Below are positions 48,652 through 59,096 of a stretch of DNA of 64,000 nt, piece by piece. Origin of the DNA: an uncultured Alphaproteobacteria bacterium (GTDB lineage Bacteria > Pseudomonadota > Alphaproteobacteria > HIMB59 > GCA-002718135). The notes under the pieces are model-generated. The model made no database searches and was not told where the DNA came from. It saw only the letters and a program-made list of their open reading frames with translations. The stretch lies in contig CACMYX010000005.1 in assembly GCA_902618015.1 (NCBI GenBank), positions 719-64,718 on the forward strand, written 5' to 3'. The translations under genes were made by a program, and so were the position numbers. Numbering within the stretch: position 1 is the first letter of the stretch; the number at the start of each line of letters is the position of its first letter.

Positions 48652-50830
48652 ATCCAATTTAGATACTATTCTTAGTGAAAAATATCTTTCTTATGCAATA
48701 TCAACTATTGTTTCAAGATCGTTACCTGATGTGAGAGATGGATTAAAACCTGTTCACCGCAGAATAATTTATTCAATGTATCAACTAAAACTTTTCAAAA
48801 GTTCAAGTTATAAAAAATGTGCCAGAATAGTTGGTGATGTAATGGGTAAATTTCATCCTCATGGGGATCAGGCTATTTATGATAGTTTAGTAAGGATGGC
48901 TCAGGACTTTTCTACAAGAATTACATTAGTAGATGGCCAGGGTAATTTTGGAAATATTGATGGTGATAATCCTGCAGCAATGCGGTACACAGAGGCAAGA
49001 TTACAAGATTATACAAATTATTTTTTTGACGGTATCGAAGAAAACTCTGTAGATTTTAAAGATAATTACGATGGTCAAAATTTAGAACCAGTAGTTCTGC
49101 CATCTCAACTTCCTAATATTTTAATTAATGGAGCAATGGGTATAGCTGTGGGTATGGCCACAAATATTCCTCCTCATAATATTGTTGAATTAATTGATGC
49201 ATTAAAATTAATATTAAAAAAAGATAAAGCTTCACTAACAGAAATTTTAAAAATTATTAATGGACCAGATCTTCCCACAGGTGGTGAAATAATTTTAGAT
49301 AGTAATGAAAAAAAGCAAATTTATAAGAATGGCAAGGGATCATTTAATATTAATGCTAAATACCAAATAGAAGAATTAAAAAATGGTTTGTATCAAATAA
49401 TTATTACTGAAATTCCATATCAAGTTAATAAAGTTAAGATAATCGAACAACTTGCTAATAATATAAATAATAAAAAATTACCTTTGGACGATGTAATCGA
49501 TGAGTCTGATGAAAATATTAGAATTGTTTTAAAACCAAAGACCAGAAATATTGATGCAGAAAAATTAATAAGCTTATGTTTTAAATTAACTGATCTATCT
49601 ATTAAGTACTCTTGTAATTTTAATGTATTAATTGATGGTATAGAACCGAAACAAATTGGAATTATTGAAATACTCTCAAATTTTTTAGATCATCGAAAAG
49701 TTACAATTAAAAGAAAATCAAAATTTAATATAGAAAAGATAAAAAAAAGATTAGAAATTCTTAAAGGTTATCAAATTGTTTTTAAAAATTTAAATTCTAT
49801 AATAAAAATAATAAGAACAAAGGATAATCCCAAAAAAGAATTAATAAAAAAATATAAATTATCTGATTTACAATGTGATTCAATTTTAAGTATGCGTTTA
49901 GGATCTCTTAGAAAGATTGATGAAAAAAATATTAAAGATGAAATCCAAAAATTAAATGAAGAATTAAAATACCTTAACAAATTAATAAAAGATAAAAAAA
50001 CATTAGATAAATTTATAGTAAGTGAATTAGATCTTATAAAAAATGATTTAGATAGTGATATAAAGGATAGAAAATCTGTAATTTCATCAGAACAAAATAA
50101 TGATATTGATATTAGTATTGATGAATTTAAAGAAATTGAAAAATTTACCATTATCATTAATAAAGATTTCCAGCTCAAGAGAATTAAAGAGATAACCGAT
50201 GAAAAGGAAATTGAAAAAATAAAAAAAGAAAATCTATTTTCAGTTAATTTAAATTCAAATCAAAAAATACTTTTGTTTGTTTCCTCTGGTAAAGTTTACA
50301 CGATAGATCCAAATAATTTACCAGGTGGAAATAGTAATCCTAAATCATTTATTTACTTTGTCGACAGTATGCCAAATGATAAAGTAACTGGGTTACTTTC
50401 ATCAATCGATGAAGAGTTCTTAATTGTATCCAAAAACGCTAAAGGATTTATTAGTAATACTGAATCTCTTGTAACTAACCAAAAGAAAGGTAAGCAATTA
50501 TTTAATTTAAAAAATAATGATGTCGTAATTAAAGTATTAAATCTTACAAAAAAAAATATAGCTTGTGTTACAAAGTTGCAAAAAATGCTAATTTTTGAAA
50601 TAGATGCTTTGCCAAAATTACAAAAGGGTGGGGGAGTTCAATTAATTAAAATCAAAAAAGATGATTTTTTATCGGATGTCACTCAATTAAATATTAAAGA
50701 TGGTTTAGAATGGAGCACTGGTTCTAAAAATAGAAAATTGGATGATGTTGAGTTTTGGATTGGAAAGAGAGCTCAGGCCGGTAAAAAAGTTCCTAAGTTT
50801 TTCAATAAAAATCAGAAATTTGATGGTTAA
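48635..50830 (+). CDS. parC: DNA topoisomerase IV subunit A
   Basis: 731 aa type IIA subunit A (DVRDGLKPVHRRI, the active-site AAMRYTEARL). No GyrA box (QRRGGKG) is seen in the C-terminal domain, which supports ParC rather than GyrA. Confidence 0.9.
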   Translation: MNKIIESNLDTILSEKYLSYAISTIVSRSLPDVRDGLKPVHRRIIYSMYQLKLFKSSSYKKCARIVGDVMGKFHPHGDQAIYDSLVRMAQDFSTRITLVDGQGNFGNIDGDNPAAMRYTEARLQDYTNYFFDGIEENSVDFKDNYDGQNLEPVVLPSQLPNILINGAMGIAVGMATNIPPHNIVELIDALKLILKKDKASLTEILKIINGPDLPTGGEIILDSNEKKQIYKNGKGSFNINAKYQIEELKNGLYQIIITEIPYQVNKVKIIEQLANNINNKKLPLDDVIDESDENIRIVLKPKTRNIDAEKLISLCFKLTDLSIKYSCNFNVLIDGIEPKQIGIIEILSNFLDHRKVTIKRKSKFNIEKIKKRLEILKGYQIVFKNLNSIIKIIRTKDNPKKELIKKYKLSDLQCDSILSMRLGSLRKIDEKNIKDEIQKLNEELKYLNKLIKDKKTLDKFIVSELDLIKNDLDSDIKDRKSVISSEQNNDIDISIDEFKEIEKFTIIINKDFQLKRIKEITDEKEIEKIKKENLFSVNLNSNQKILLFVSSGKVYTIDPNNLPGGNSNPKSFIYFVDSMPNDKVTGLLSSIDEEFLIVSKNAKGFISNTESLVTNQKKGKQLFNLKNNDVVIKVLNLTKKNIACVTKLQKMLIFEIDALPKLQKGGGVQLIKIKKDDFLSDVTQLNIKDGLEWSTGSKNRKLDDVEFWIGKRAQAGKKVPKFFNKNQKFDG

Positions 50831-50881
50831 TTTTATTTATTTAAATATATTTAAGTTTACTAATACAATTTAATCATAAAT

Positions 50882-51385
50882 ATGAAAAATCTTTCTGCCT
50901 TTTTAAATATTGTAAATAGATACGCAGGATACTTGTGTGCTTTTCTAGTTGTTCTAATGGTTGTTAATGTTTTTTTAGTAGTAATACTAAGATACTTATT
51001 CGGAATTAGTTTTATATGGATGCAAGAAACATATGTATGGATGCATGCTTATATTTTTATGGTTGGCGCCGGTTTTACTTATCTAAATGACGATCATGTC
51101 AGAATTGATATAATTTATAGAAACTCATCTAAATTATATAAAGCAATAGTAGACTTAGTTGGCAACATTTTTTTATTATTACCTTTTTTATATATTATTT
51201 GGTCTTACAGCTTTCCCTTTGTATTTAAATCTTGGCAAATGAATGAGGTATCTAGAGAAGCTGGAGGTTTAACAATGATCTATTTGCTGAAGTTAGCAAT
51301 ATTGATTTTTGCTTTTCTTTTATTTATTCAAGTTGTTTCAAAAATTATAAATAATTTTTTAAATCTTAATTCCAATGAGTCCTGA
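50882..51385 (+). CDS. TRAP transporter small permease (DctQ-type)
   Basis: 167 aa with 4 TM segments, immediately upstream of and overlapping the large permease gene. Confidence 0.85.
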   Translation: MKNLSAFLNIVNRYAGYLCAFLVVLMVVNVFLVVILRYLFGISFIWMQETYVWMHAYIFMVGAGFTYLNDDHVRIDIIYRNSSKLYKAIVDLVGNIFLLLPFLYIIWSYSFPFVFKSWQMNEVSREAGGLTMIYLLKLAILIFAFLLFIQVVSKIINNFLNLNSNES

Positions 51386-52748
51386 AATTTTAGCAATAGT
51401 AATGTTTTTAACAACATTGTTGTTTTTGTTATTTGGTTTTCCAGTTGCTTTTACTTTAGCAGGTTCATCTTTAATTTTTGCCTTTTTAGGAGATTTACTC
51501 GGAGTTTTTAATTTTAAAATGCTGCTTTTCTTTCCTCAAAGAATCTATGGAGTAATGATTAATGAGGCTCTAGTTGCGGTACCTTTGTTTATCTTTATGG
51601 GAGTCATGCTAGAAAAAACTAAAATTGCTGCTAAACTTTTAGAATCAATTGGAGATTTGTTTGGTTCAGTTAGAGGTGGATTAGGAATTGGAGTAGTATT
51701 AGTAGGAATGTTATTAGCTGCCTCAACAGGTATAGTAGGGGCAACAGTAGTAACAATGGGTATGCTAGCATTACCAACGATGCTCAAAGCAGGTTATGAT
51801 GAAAAGATAGCTACTGGAACAATTTGTGCTTCTGGAACACTTGGGCAAATTATTCCACCATCAATTGTTTTGATACTACTTGCTGAAATGTTGCAAGGTG
51901 CTAACGAAGAGGCCGGTCTTTTGAGAGGTGATTTGGCACCTTTGCCTGTTACAGCAATTGATTTATTTGCAGGCGCACTACTGCCTGGGTTAATGCTTGT
52001 TGGTTTTTTTATTATCTACCTTTTGTTTATTGCAAGAATCAGACCTCAAGATTTGCCTCTTAAGAAAATTGACAAACCAAGATTGGAAATTTGGAAAACT
52101 GCTTTTTTTGAAGTTCTTCCTCCTATATTTCTAATTTTAGCAGTGCTTGGTTCAATTTTTTTAGGTATTGCCACACCTACTGAATCAGCTTCAGTTGGAG
52201 CAGTTGGAGCTGCAATACTTGCCTTATTAAGAAGAGATTTAAATTTAAAGAATATATCTGACGCAGCAATTACAACCGTAAAAATGAGTTCGTTTGTATT
52301 TATTATTTTAATTGGCGCTTCAATGTTCTCTCTTGTCTTTAGGGGTTTCCAAGGTGATGAAATGATAAGTAATTTTTTAACCAATATACCTGGCGGTGAA
52401 TATGGAGCTCTTATTATTGTCATGCTAACAATTTTTATCTTAGGTTTTTTTTTAGATTATATTGAAATAATATTTGTAATAATTCCTCTTGTTGGACCAG
52501 GTCTAATTGCAAATGGCGCAGATCCATTATGGCTTGGAATTTTAATATCTCTTAACTTGCAAACTAGTTTTTTAACTCCACCATTTGGATTTTCATTATT
52601 TTTTCTGAGAGGAGTGGCTCCAGAAAATGTAAAAACATCAAATATTTATAGTGGTGTAATTCCTTTTATTTTTATACAAATTTTTGCAATTATTTTGGTT
52701 TTTGCTTTTCCTGAAATTGCAACTTGGTTACCTAGACTTATAAATTAA
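51375..52748 (+). CDS. TRAP transporter large permease (DctM-type)
   Basis: 457 aa polytopic membrane protein with a typical DctM pattern (GTLGQIIPPS, PPFGFSLFFLRG). Confidence 0.92.
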   Translation: MSPEILAIVMFLTTLLFLLFGFPVAFTLAGSSLIFAFLGDLLGVFNFKMLLFFPQRIYGVMINEALVAVPLFIFMGVMLEKTKIAAKLLESIGDLFGSVRGGLGIGVVLVGMLLAASTGIVGATVVTMGMLALPTMLKAGYDEKIATGTICASGTLGQIIPPSIVLILLAEMLQGANEEAGLLRGDLAPLPVTAIDLFAGALLPGLMLVGFFIIYLLFIARIRPQDLPLKKIDKPRLEIWKTAFFEVLPPIFLILAVLGSIFLGIATPTESASVGAVGAAILALLRRDLNLKNISDAAITTVKMSSFVFIILIGASMFSLVFRGFQGDEMISNFLTNIPGGEYGALIIVMLTIFILGFFLDYIEIIFVIIPLVGPGLIANGADPLWLGILISLNLQTSFLTPPFGFSLFFLRGVAPENVKTSNIYSGVIPFIFIQIFAIILVFAFPEIATWLPRLIN

Positions 52749-52750
52749 AA

Positions 52751-52774
52751 AAGAGGTCTTAAGGAAGACCTCTT
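52751..52774. terminator. Bidirectional intrinsic terminator hairpin between the convergent TRAP permease and SBP genes
   Basis: A perfect 10-bp stem pairs AAGAGGTCTT (52751-60) with AAGACCTCTT (52765-74), with loop AAGG. It is flanked by an A-run on the left and TTTATAAT on the right. This is the only GC-containing hairpin I found in an intergenic spacer. Confidence 0.7.
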
Positions 52775-52792
52775 TATAATATAATTTAGGAT

Positions 52793-53905
52793 TTATACTG
52801 AATCAGGAAATTTGAATGGTAAATCTCTGATACGTGAGAATTCTTGCTCACCTTTTGTAAACCATTCTTTGATTACCTTTCTAAAAGATAACAAATGATT
52901 TGATAGAGATTTAGTTTCAGCATTAATCGAACCTCTTTCAAAAACAACTTCACCTGCTGCATTACCAAGAGCTACTAATACTTCATCAGGAAAAGTTTTA
53001 ATTTGTACATTATGTTCATTTACAAGTCTTTGTAATGCAGGACCATTAATTGCTTGGAAACGACTAAAGACAGTCATATTAAAAGATTTAGCAAGATCAT
53101 CAATCAAGCTTTGAGTATCAGAATCTAATGACTCCCAAGCTTTAAGGTCGATTGATAAATCTAAAAGGGTAGATGGTTCATGCCAACCAGGTCCATAATA
53201 GTATTTTGCTGCTTGATATAAACCTGCTCCTAAGTCTGCAGCAGGACAAATCCACTCTGCAGCATCTACAGCGCCCGAAGTTAATGCAGGTAGTATGTCT
53301 CCTCCTGCAAGTAATACTGGGGTAGCTCCTAATTTTTCAATTGTTCTACCACCCAATCCAGGCATTCTCATTTTAAGACCTTTGTAATCATCAGGCGTAT
53401 TGATTTCTCTATTAAACCAACCACCCATTTGGTTACCAGTATTTCCCATTGGTAAAAACTTTACTCCTAGAGCATTGTAGATTTTATCAGCTTCTTCAAT
53501 ACCACCACCATAATAACACCAAGCATTTTGTTCCATTGCATTCATTCCAAATGGACAAGTTGCTACGAACTCAATTGCATCAGATAGGTTTGGCCAATAG
53601 TAAGGAGCTCCATAAGCTGCTTGAGCTGCGCCAGATCTGACTGCATCTAATGCTTCAAGTCCTGGAACAAGTTCACCAGCATGATAAACCTTAACTTTAA
53701 GTTTTTCAGAGTAACTATTAATATTGTCTCCAAAAGCCTGAATTGCTTGCCCTAGAACTCCAGCTTTACCAAAAGCACTACAAATGATCCACTCTTGATG
53801 ACCCCCAGCTATTGCTGGAGCAGCTAAAGTAGAAGCACCAACTGCAGCAGCACCTGCTACACCAGCTTTCTTTAGAAACTCACGTCTTTTTAAATTTTTT
53901 TTCAT
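52793..53905 (-). CDS. TRAP transporter substrate-binding protein with a twin-arginine signal peptide
   Basis: The start is set at the ATG at 53905 (MKKNLKRREFLKKAGVAGAAAVGASTLAAPAIAG) and is preceded by GGGAGGA. The mature domain is DctP-like. The longer track ORF begins at an upstream TTG and would bury the Tat signal. Confidence 0.9.
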   Translation of the reverse strand: MKKNLKRREFLKKAGVAGAAAVGASTLAAPAIAGGHQEWIICSAFGKAGVLGQAIQAFGDNINSYSEKLKVKVYHAGELVPGLEALDAVRSGAAQAAYGAPYYWPNLSDAIEFVATCPFGMNAMEQNAWCYYGGGIEEADKIYNALGVKFLPMGNTGNQMGGWFNREINTPDDYKGLKMRMPGLGGRTIEKLGATPVLLAGGDILPALTSGAVDAAEWICPAADLGAGLYQAAKYYYGPGWHEPSTLLDLSIDLKAWESLDSDTQSLIDDLAKSFNMTVFSRFQAINGPALQRLVNEHNVQIKTFPDEVLVALGNAAGEVVFERGSINAETKSLSNHLLSFRKVIKEWFTKGEQEFSRIRDLPFKFPDSV

Positions 53906-53941
53906 ATGTCCTCCCGAGATAATATGAATTAATGTCTGAGA

Positions 53942-53968
53942 TTTATACAAAAATTCTATTTGTATCAA
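53942..53968 (-). promoter_or_regulatory. Candidate sigma-70 promoter for the TRAP SBP gene
   Basis: On the minus strand this reads TTGATA-N15-TATAAA, about 35 nt upstream of the ATG at 53905. This is pattern match only. Confidence 0.3.
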
Positions 53969-54031
53969 TTTCTAATGATATTAAATATTAACAAAATCTA
54001 GTAATTCAAACCTTTTAAATTCTTAATTATT

Positions 54032-55207
54032 CTAAAAACTAGATATTCCAGTCTGATTTTTTCCTAAAATAAGTGAATGAATATCCTCTGCGCCTTCGTA
54101 AGTTTTAACAGTTTCTAAATTAACCAAATGCCTCATGATATGATATTCTTCTAACAAGCCATTTGCCCCAAGCATATCACGTGCATTTCTAATTATGTCT
54201 AAAGATTTTTTACAGTTATTTTTTTTTAAAATACTAATTGCATTAATGATATCTTTTCCGTCATCTAAAGCTTTAGAGCTTAAAAGACATGATGCCAATC
54301 CTAGATTTATCTCAATTTGCATCTCTGATAATTTTTTTTGAATTAATTGATTTGATGCTAAAGGTTTTTTAAACATAATTCTATTTTCTACATAGTCTTT
54401 TGCAATTAACCAACATTCAGATGCAGAACCTAAAACACCCCAGCTAATTCCAAATCTTGCTTTATTAAGACAACTAAAAACTGATTTCCATCCTTCAGTA
54501 TTTTCTAAACACAAATTACTTGGAATAAAAACATTATTTAAAATTATTTGCCCAGTTGGACTGATTTTTAAGCTCGTTTTATTTTTTATTGTTGAAGTAT
54601 TTAATCCTTCAGTATTTTTTTCAATTATAAAACCTTTGATACTTTTGTGATCTTTATTTTCTTCAATTGCCCAAATGATAAATATATCAGCAATTGGTGC
54701 ATTCGTAATCCAGTTTTTAGATCCATTTAAAATATATCCATCTTTAGTTTTTTTAAATGAAGTTTTCATTGAAGCAGGATCAGAACCAGCTTCGCTTTCT
54801 GTTAAACCAAAGCAACCAATTTTTTCTCCTTTAATTAATTGCGGCAGGTATTTATCTTTTTGTTCCTGAGATCCAAATTCATTAATTGGATGTATCACCA
54901 GGGAAGATTGAACAGAAATTGAAGATCTGTAGCTGCTATCTATTTTTTCAAATTCATATGCTACAATTCCATATGCTAAATTTGATGTACCAGAACCACC
55001 GTGTGTTTTAACTGTTTGCCCTAAAACTCCAAGTGATCCAAATTTTGGATAGAGGTCTTGATCAAATTCATTTTTTCTATTACTTTCAACTACTTTAGGT
55101 TTGAGTTCATTATTACAAAAATCCCTAACATTTTTCTGAATATTACTTTCTTCTTCACTTAAATGACTTTGAATATAAAATGGATCAAACCAATTATTTT
55201 CTTTCAT
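54032..55207 (-). CDS. gcdH: Glutaryl-CoA dehydrogenase
   Basis: 391 aa. Long stretches match the GcdH pattern as I recall it (YRSSISVQSSLVIHPINEFGSQEQKDKYLPQL, CFGLTESEAGSDP, NQLIQKKL, LVNLETVKTYEG...HSLILG). Confidence 0.9.
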   Translation of the reverse strand: MKENNWFDPFYIQSHLSEEESNIQKNVRDFCNNELKPKVVESNRKNEFDQDLYPKFGSLGVLGQTVKTHGGSGTSNLAYGIVAYEFEKIDSSYRSSISVQSSLVIHPINEFGSQEQKDKYLPQLIKGEKIGCFGLTESEAGSDPASMKTSFKKTKDGYILNGSKNWITNAPIADIFIIWAIEENKDHKSIKGFIIEKNTEGLNTSTIKNKTSLKISPTGQIILNNVFIPSNLCLENTEGWKSVFSCLNKARFGISWGVLGSASECWLIAKDYVENRIMFKKPLASNQLIQKKLSEMQIEINLGLASCLLSSKALDDGKDIINAISILKKNNCKKSLDIIRNARDMLGANGLLEEYHIMRHLVNLETVKTYEGAEDIHSLILGKNQTGISSF

Positions 55208-55258
55208 ACAATATTAGCCAATATCATCATTTTAATGTAAATAACCACAAAAATTATT

Positions 55259-55678
55259 ATGCAAAATAAGAATATATACATTGCCTCAGACCATGCTGGA
55301 TTTGATCTCAAAACCAAATTGTTAAAGAATTTTCCAAAAATTAATGATTTAGGGACAAAGACAGATGAGAGTGTTGACTATCCTGATTTTGCACACAAAT
55401 TAACTAAAGAGGTTCTTAAGAATAAGAAAAACGTTGGTATTCTAATCTGTGGAACTGGTGTTGGTATGAGTATTGCAGCTAATAGAAAAAAAGGAATAAG
55501 GGCTGGTCTTGCTAATAATTCAAAAATAGCAAGATTGATAAGAAAGCACAATGATGCTAATGTACTAGTTTTACCAGGTAGATTTATAAATACTAGCGAG
55601 GCAAAAAAAAGTGTTCAGGCTTTTCTTTCTACAAAGTTTGAGTCAGGACGACATAAAAGAAGGATTAAAAAACTATGA
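55259..55678 (+). CDS. rpiB: Ribose-5-phosphate isomerase B
   Basis: 139 aa ([33 protein letters not shown]). Confidence 0.93.
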   Translation: MQNKNIYIASDHAGFDLKTKLLKNFPKINDLGTKTDESVDYPDFAHKLTKEVLKNKKNVGILICGTGVGMSIAANRKKGIRAGLANNSKIARLIRKHNDANVLVLPGRFINTSEAKKSVQAFLSTKFESGRHKRRIKKL

Positions 55679-56964
55679 TTTCAGATTTGTTTACTAAAGG
55701 AATTAAAGAAGCAGACCCAGAGGTTTATGGGACTTTAAGTCGTGAACTAGAAAGACAGCAAAACCAAATAGAGTTGATAGCATCTGAGAATATTGCTTCA
55801 AGATCAATTTTAAATGCTCAAGGCTCTGTCATGACAAATAAATATGCAGAAGGGTATCCTGGTAAACGATATTATGGTGGGTGTGAATTTGTTGATCAAG
55901 CTGAGGAGATTGCTTTAGAAAGAGTTAAAAAACTTTTTAATTGTAAATTTGCAAATCTACAACCGCATAGTGGAGCTCAGGCAAACCAAGCGGTCTTTCT
56001 AGCGTTACTTCAACCACATGATACTATTTTAGGTATGTCTCTTGCATCAGGCGGTCACTTAACTCATGGAGCAAAACCTAATCTATCTGGTAAATGGTTT
56101 AATGCTGTTCAATACGGTGTAAAAAAAGATGGCAATGATAAAGATTTAATTGATTATGATGAAGTTGAAGCTTTAGCTTTAGAGCATAAACCAAAAATGA
56201 TAATAGCGGGAGCTTCCGCTTATCCTAGAACAATAGATTGGAAAAAATTTAGAGAAATAGCTGATAAAGTAGGAGCATATTTTTTAGTTGATATGGCTCA
56301 CTATTCTGGTTTGGTTGCTGGTAAACAATATCCAAATCCGATTGAGCATGCCCATGTAGTAACTTCAACAACTCACAAAACTTTAAGAGGGGCAAGAAGT
56401 GCAATGATTTTAACTAATCATGAAGATTTATATAAAAAAATTAATTCTGCTGTTTTCCCAGGATTACAAGGTGGTCCACTAATGCATGTAATTGCAGCTA
56501 GAGCTGTTTGCTTTGGTGAAGCACTTAAACCTGAATTCGAAGAATATATTAAAAATGTAATTGCTAGTGCTAAAGTTATGGCAAAAACTTTAGTTGATAG
56601 AGGATTTAGAATTGTTACAGGGGGCACAGATTCACATATAGTTTGGTTAGACTTGACACCAAAAGGTTTAACTGGTGACAAAGCTGAAAAAATTTTAGAA
56701 GAAGTTGGATTGGCATGTAACAAAAATGCAATTCCATATGATCCCAATCCACCAAAAATAACTAGTGGACTTAGATTTGGTACAGCAGCTGCTACGACCA
56801 GAGGTTTTAATCAGAAAGATTTTGAACAAGTTGGAAATATGATTGCTGATATTTTGGATAGTCTTTTACTTGAAGAAAATGAGAGAAATCTAGTTTTTAA
56901 TAAAACAAGAAAAGATGTAATTGAGCTTTGCAAAAAATATCCAATTTATAGTGAGGCATTTTAA
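55675..56964 (+). CDS. glyA: Serine hydroxymethyltransferase
   Basis: 429 aa (ELIASEN, the PLP-Lys context [21 protein letters not shown]). Confidence 0.98.
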   Translation: MISDLFTKGIKEADPEVYGTLSRELERQQNQIELIASENIASRSILNAQGSVMTNKYAEGYPGKRYYGGCEFVDQAEEIALERVKKLFNCKFANLQPHSGAQANQAVFLALLQPHDTILGMSLASGGHLTHGAKPNLSGKWFNAVQYGVKKDGNDKDLIDYDEVEALALEHKPKMIIAGASAYPRTIDWKKFREIADKVGAYFLVDMAHYSGLVAGKQYPNPIEHAHVVTSTTHKTLRGARSAMILTNHEDLYKKINSAVFPGLQGGPLMHVIAARAVCFGEALKPEFEEYIKNVIASAKVMAKTLVDRGFRIVTGGTDSHIVWLDLTPKGLTGDKAEKILEEVGLACNKNAIPYDPNPPKITSGLRFGTAAATTRGFNQKDFEQVGNMIADILDSLLLEENERNLVFNKTRKDVIELCKKYPIYSEAF

Positions 56965-57417
56965 ATGAGATGCCCCTTCTGTAGTAATGAAGATACACAA
57001 GTAAAAGACTCAAGACCTACAGAAGATAATACAGCAATAAGAAGAAGAAGAGTTTGTGATGCTTGCGGCTCTAGATTTACAACTTTTGAGAGAATTCAGC
57101 TAAGAGATTTGGTCGTAATGAAAAGTAACGGTCAAAAAGAAAATTTTGATAGAGATAAAATGTATAGATCTCTCTCTTTAGCTTTAAGAAAAAGAAATGT
57201 TGATAATGAAAAAATTGAAAAAATTGTTAATGCTATTGTAAGAAAATTAGAAAACTCAGGTGAAACTGATATAAAATCCAATATTATCGGTCAGTACATT
57301 ATGGAAGCTTTAATGCATTTAGATCAGGTAGCATACGTCAGATTTGCATCTGTTTACAAAAATTTTAGAGAAGCAAAAGATTTTGAAGATTTCTTAGGTA
57401 ATTTAGAAGATAAATAA
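56965..57417 (+). CDS. nrdR: Transcriptional repressor NrdR
   Basis: 150 aa with a zinc ribbon (MRCPFC...[17 protein letters not shown]) and an ATP-cone. Confidence 0.96.
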   Translation: MRCPFCSNEDTQVKDSRPTEDNTAIRRRRVCDACGSRFTTFERIQLRDLVVMKSNGQKENFDRDKMYRSLSLALRKRNVDNEKIEKIVNAIVRKLENSGETDIKSNIIGQYIMEALMHLDQVAYVRFASVYKNFREAKDFEDFLGNLEDK

Positions 57418-57423
57418 TTTTTA

Positions 57424-58506
57424 GTGTCTCAACAAAATGTAAAGATGATTAATTTAGCGCATGATATTGCTAAAAAAAAATTTGGAAAAACTTTCCCTAA
57501 TCCCACAGTGGGCTGTGTAATTGCAAAAAATTCAAAAATAATTTCTAAAGCTGTAACGAATAAATCTGGAAGGCCTCATGCCGAAGAAATAGCTCTAGCT
57601 AAAGCTGGTCATAAAGCTAAAGGCGCTTCAATGTATGTTACTTTAGAACCATGTTTTCATAGTTCAAAAGATGGATCATGCACAGATCAAATATTAAGAT
57701 CAGGAATTAAAGAAATATTTATATCTGCGGCTGATCCAGATGTTAGAACTAATTATAAAAGTATTAAAAAGCTAAAAAAAAATAATGTAATTGTAAATGT
57801 AGGTTTAGAAAAGAATAGAACATATAATTTAAATAAATTTTTTTTTAAAAGTGTTTTAAAGAAAAAACCATTTACAAAAGTCAAAATTGCAACTTCTACA
57901 GATGAAAAAATTGCATGGCATGATTATAAAAGTAAATGGATATCTAATAAATCAAGCAGAGAGTATGCGCATAAGTTAAGATCAATGAGTCAAGCTATTT
58001 TAACTACTTCAAAAACTGTATTAAAAGATGATCCAAGATTAACTATAAGATTAAAAAAAACTTTAGAGCAACATATTCCAATTATAATAATTGATAATAA
58101 TCTAAAAATACCAATGAAATCAAAAATATTAAAAGATATATCTAAAAAAAGAATTATTATCTTTACTTCAAAAAAAAATAAAAAATCTGAAAATTTAATT
58201 AAATTAGGATGTGAAATTATATTTTGTAAATTAAATAAAAACAAAAAACTAAATTTAAAAAATATTTTTAGTAAAATATATTCATTAAAAATATCAGATT
58301 TATTAGTTGAAGCAGGGGGTATTTTTTTTACAGAATTGTTAAATAAAAATTTAGTAGATGAAATTCATTTATTTAAATCCAAAATTATTATAGGAAAACA
58401 TGGTAAGCCAGCAATTGTTGGAAAAAAACTTAGTCAATTAAATTTATCTTTAAACGAAAGAAAAAAATTCAAAAACGACATATATACAAACTATCAGGTG
58501 AATTAA
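57424..58506 (+). CDS. ribD: Bifunctional riboflavin biosynthesis protein RibD (deaminase/reductase)
   Basis: 360 aa with a GTG start. The deaminase zinc motifs are HAEE and PCxH (TLEPCFHSSKDGSC). A reductase domain lies at the C-terminus. Confidence 0.9.
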   Translation: MSQQNVKMINLAHDIAKKKFGKTFPNPTVGCVIAKNSKIISKAVTNKSGRPHAEEIALAKAGHKAKGASMYVTLEPCFHSSKDGSCTDQILRSGIKEIFISAADPDVRTNYKSIKKLKKNNVIVNVGLEKNRTYNLNKFFFKSVLKKKPFTKVKIATSTDEKIAWHDYKSKWISNKSSREYAHKLRSMSQAILTTSKTVLKDDPRLTIRLKKTLEQHIPIIIIDNNLKIPMKSKILKDISKKRIIIFTSKKNKKSENLIKLGCEIIFCKLNKNKKLNLKNIFSKIYSLKISDLLVEAGGIFFTELLNKNLVDEIHLFKSKIIIGKHGKPAIVGKKLSQLNLSLNERKKFKNDIYTNYQVN

Positions 58507-59096
58507 TGTTTACAGGTATTATTCAAGATTTAGGAACAATAAAAAACAAAGATGTGGGACTTTACCAAATATCTACTAATCTTGATTTGAGTAATTGTAA
58601 GGAAGGTTCTTCAATTTCTTGTAATGGAGTGTGTCTTACAGCAAAGAATATAACTCCATCAAACAACAATTCATTTAGCTTTGATGTGAACATAGGAGAA
58701 GAAACCTTGCAAAGAACAAATCTAGCTAATTCTATTTTAAAAAATGAAAAAATTAATTTAGAAAAATCTCTTGTGATAGGTGATGAAATCAGTGGTCACT
58801 TTGTTTATGGACATGTTGACACCACAACTGTCGTTAGTGAAATTTTAGAACTTGAAAATAGTTGGGAATATCATTTTGAAAAAAAATTTAATAAAAATAA
58901 TAGATTTATTGTTGAAAAAGGATCTATTTCAATAAATGGTATTTCTTTAACAGTAGCAAAAGTAGAAAATAATACTTTTATGATTTCTGTAATAGACCAT
59001 ACATTTAATCATACTAATTTAAAATATTTACAAAAAAGCGATCAAGTAAATATTGAATTTGATTATCTTGCCCGTTTCATCTTGAATAATGAATAA
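58506..59096 (+). CDS. ribE: Riboflavin synthase (alpha chain)
   Basis: 196 aa (MFTGIIQDLG, two lumazine-binding repeats with NGVCLT / NGISLT). Confidence 0.92.
   Translation: MFTGIIQDLGTIKNKDVGLYQISTNLDLSNCKEGSSISCNGVCLTAKNITPSNNNSFSFDVNIGEETLQRTNLANSILKNEKINLEKSLVIGDEISGHFVYGHVDTTTVVSEILELENSWEYHFEKKFNKNNRFIVEKGSISINGISLTVAKVENNTFMISVIDHTFNHTNLKYLQKSDQVNIEFDYLARFILNNE

Noticed and set aside
53906-53968. A 21-codon N-terminal extension of the TRAP SBP ORF, starting from a TTG.
   Set aside because: A Tat or Sec signal must be N-terminal. The ATG at 53905 is preceded by GGGAGGA and starts directly with MKKNLKRREFLKK. The upstream stretch is better explained as 5' UTR and promoter.
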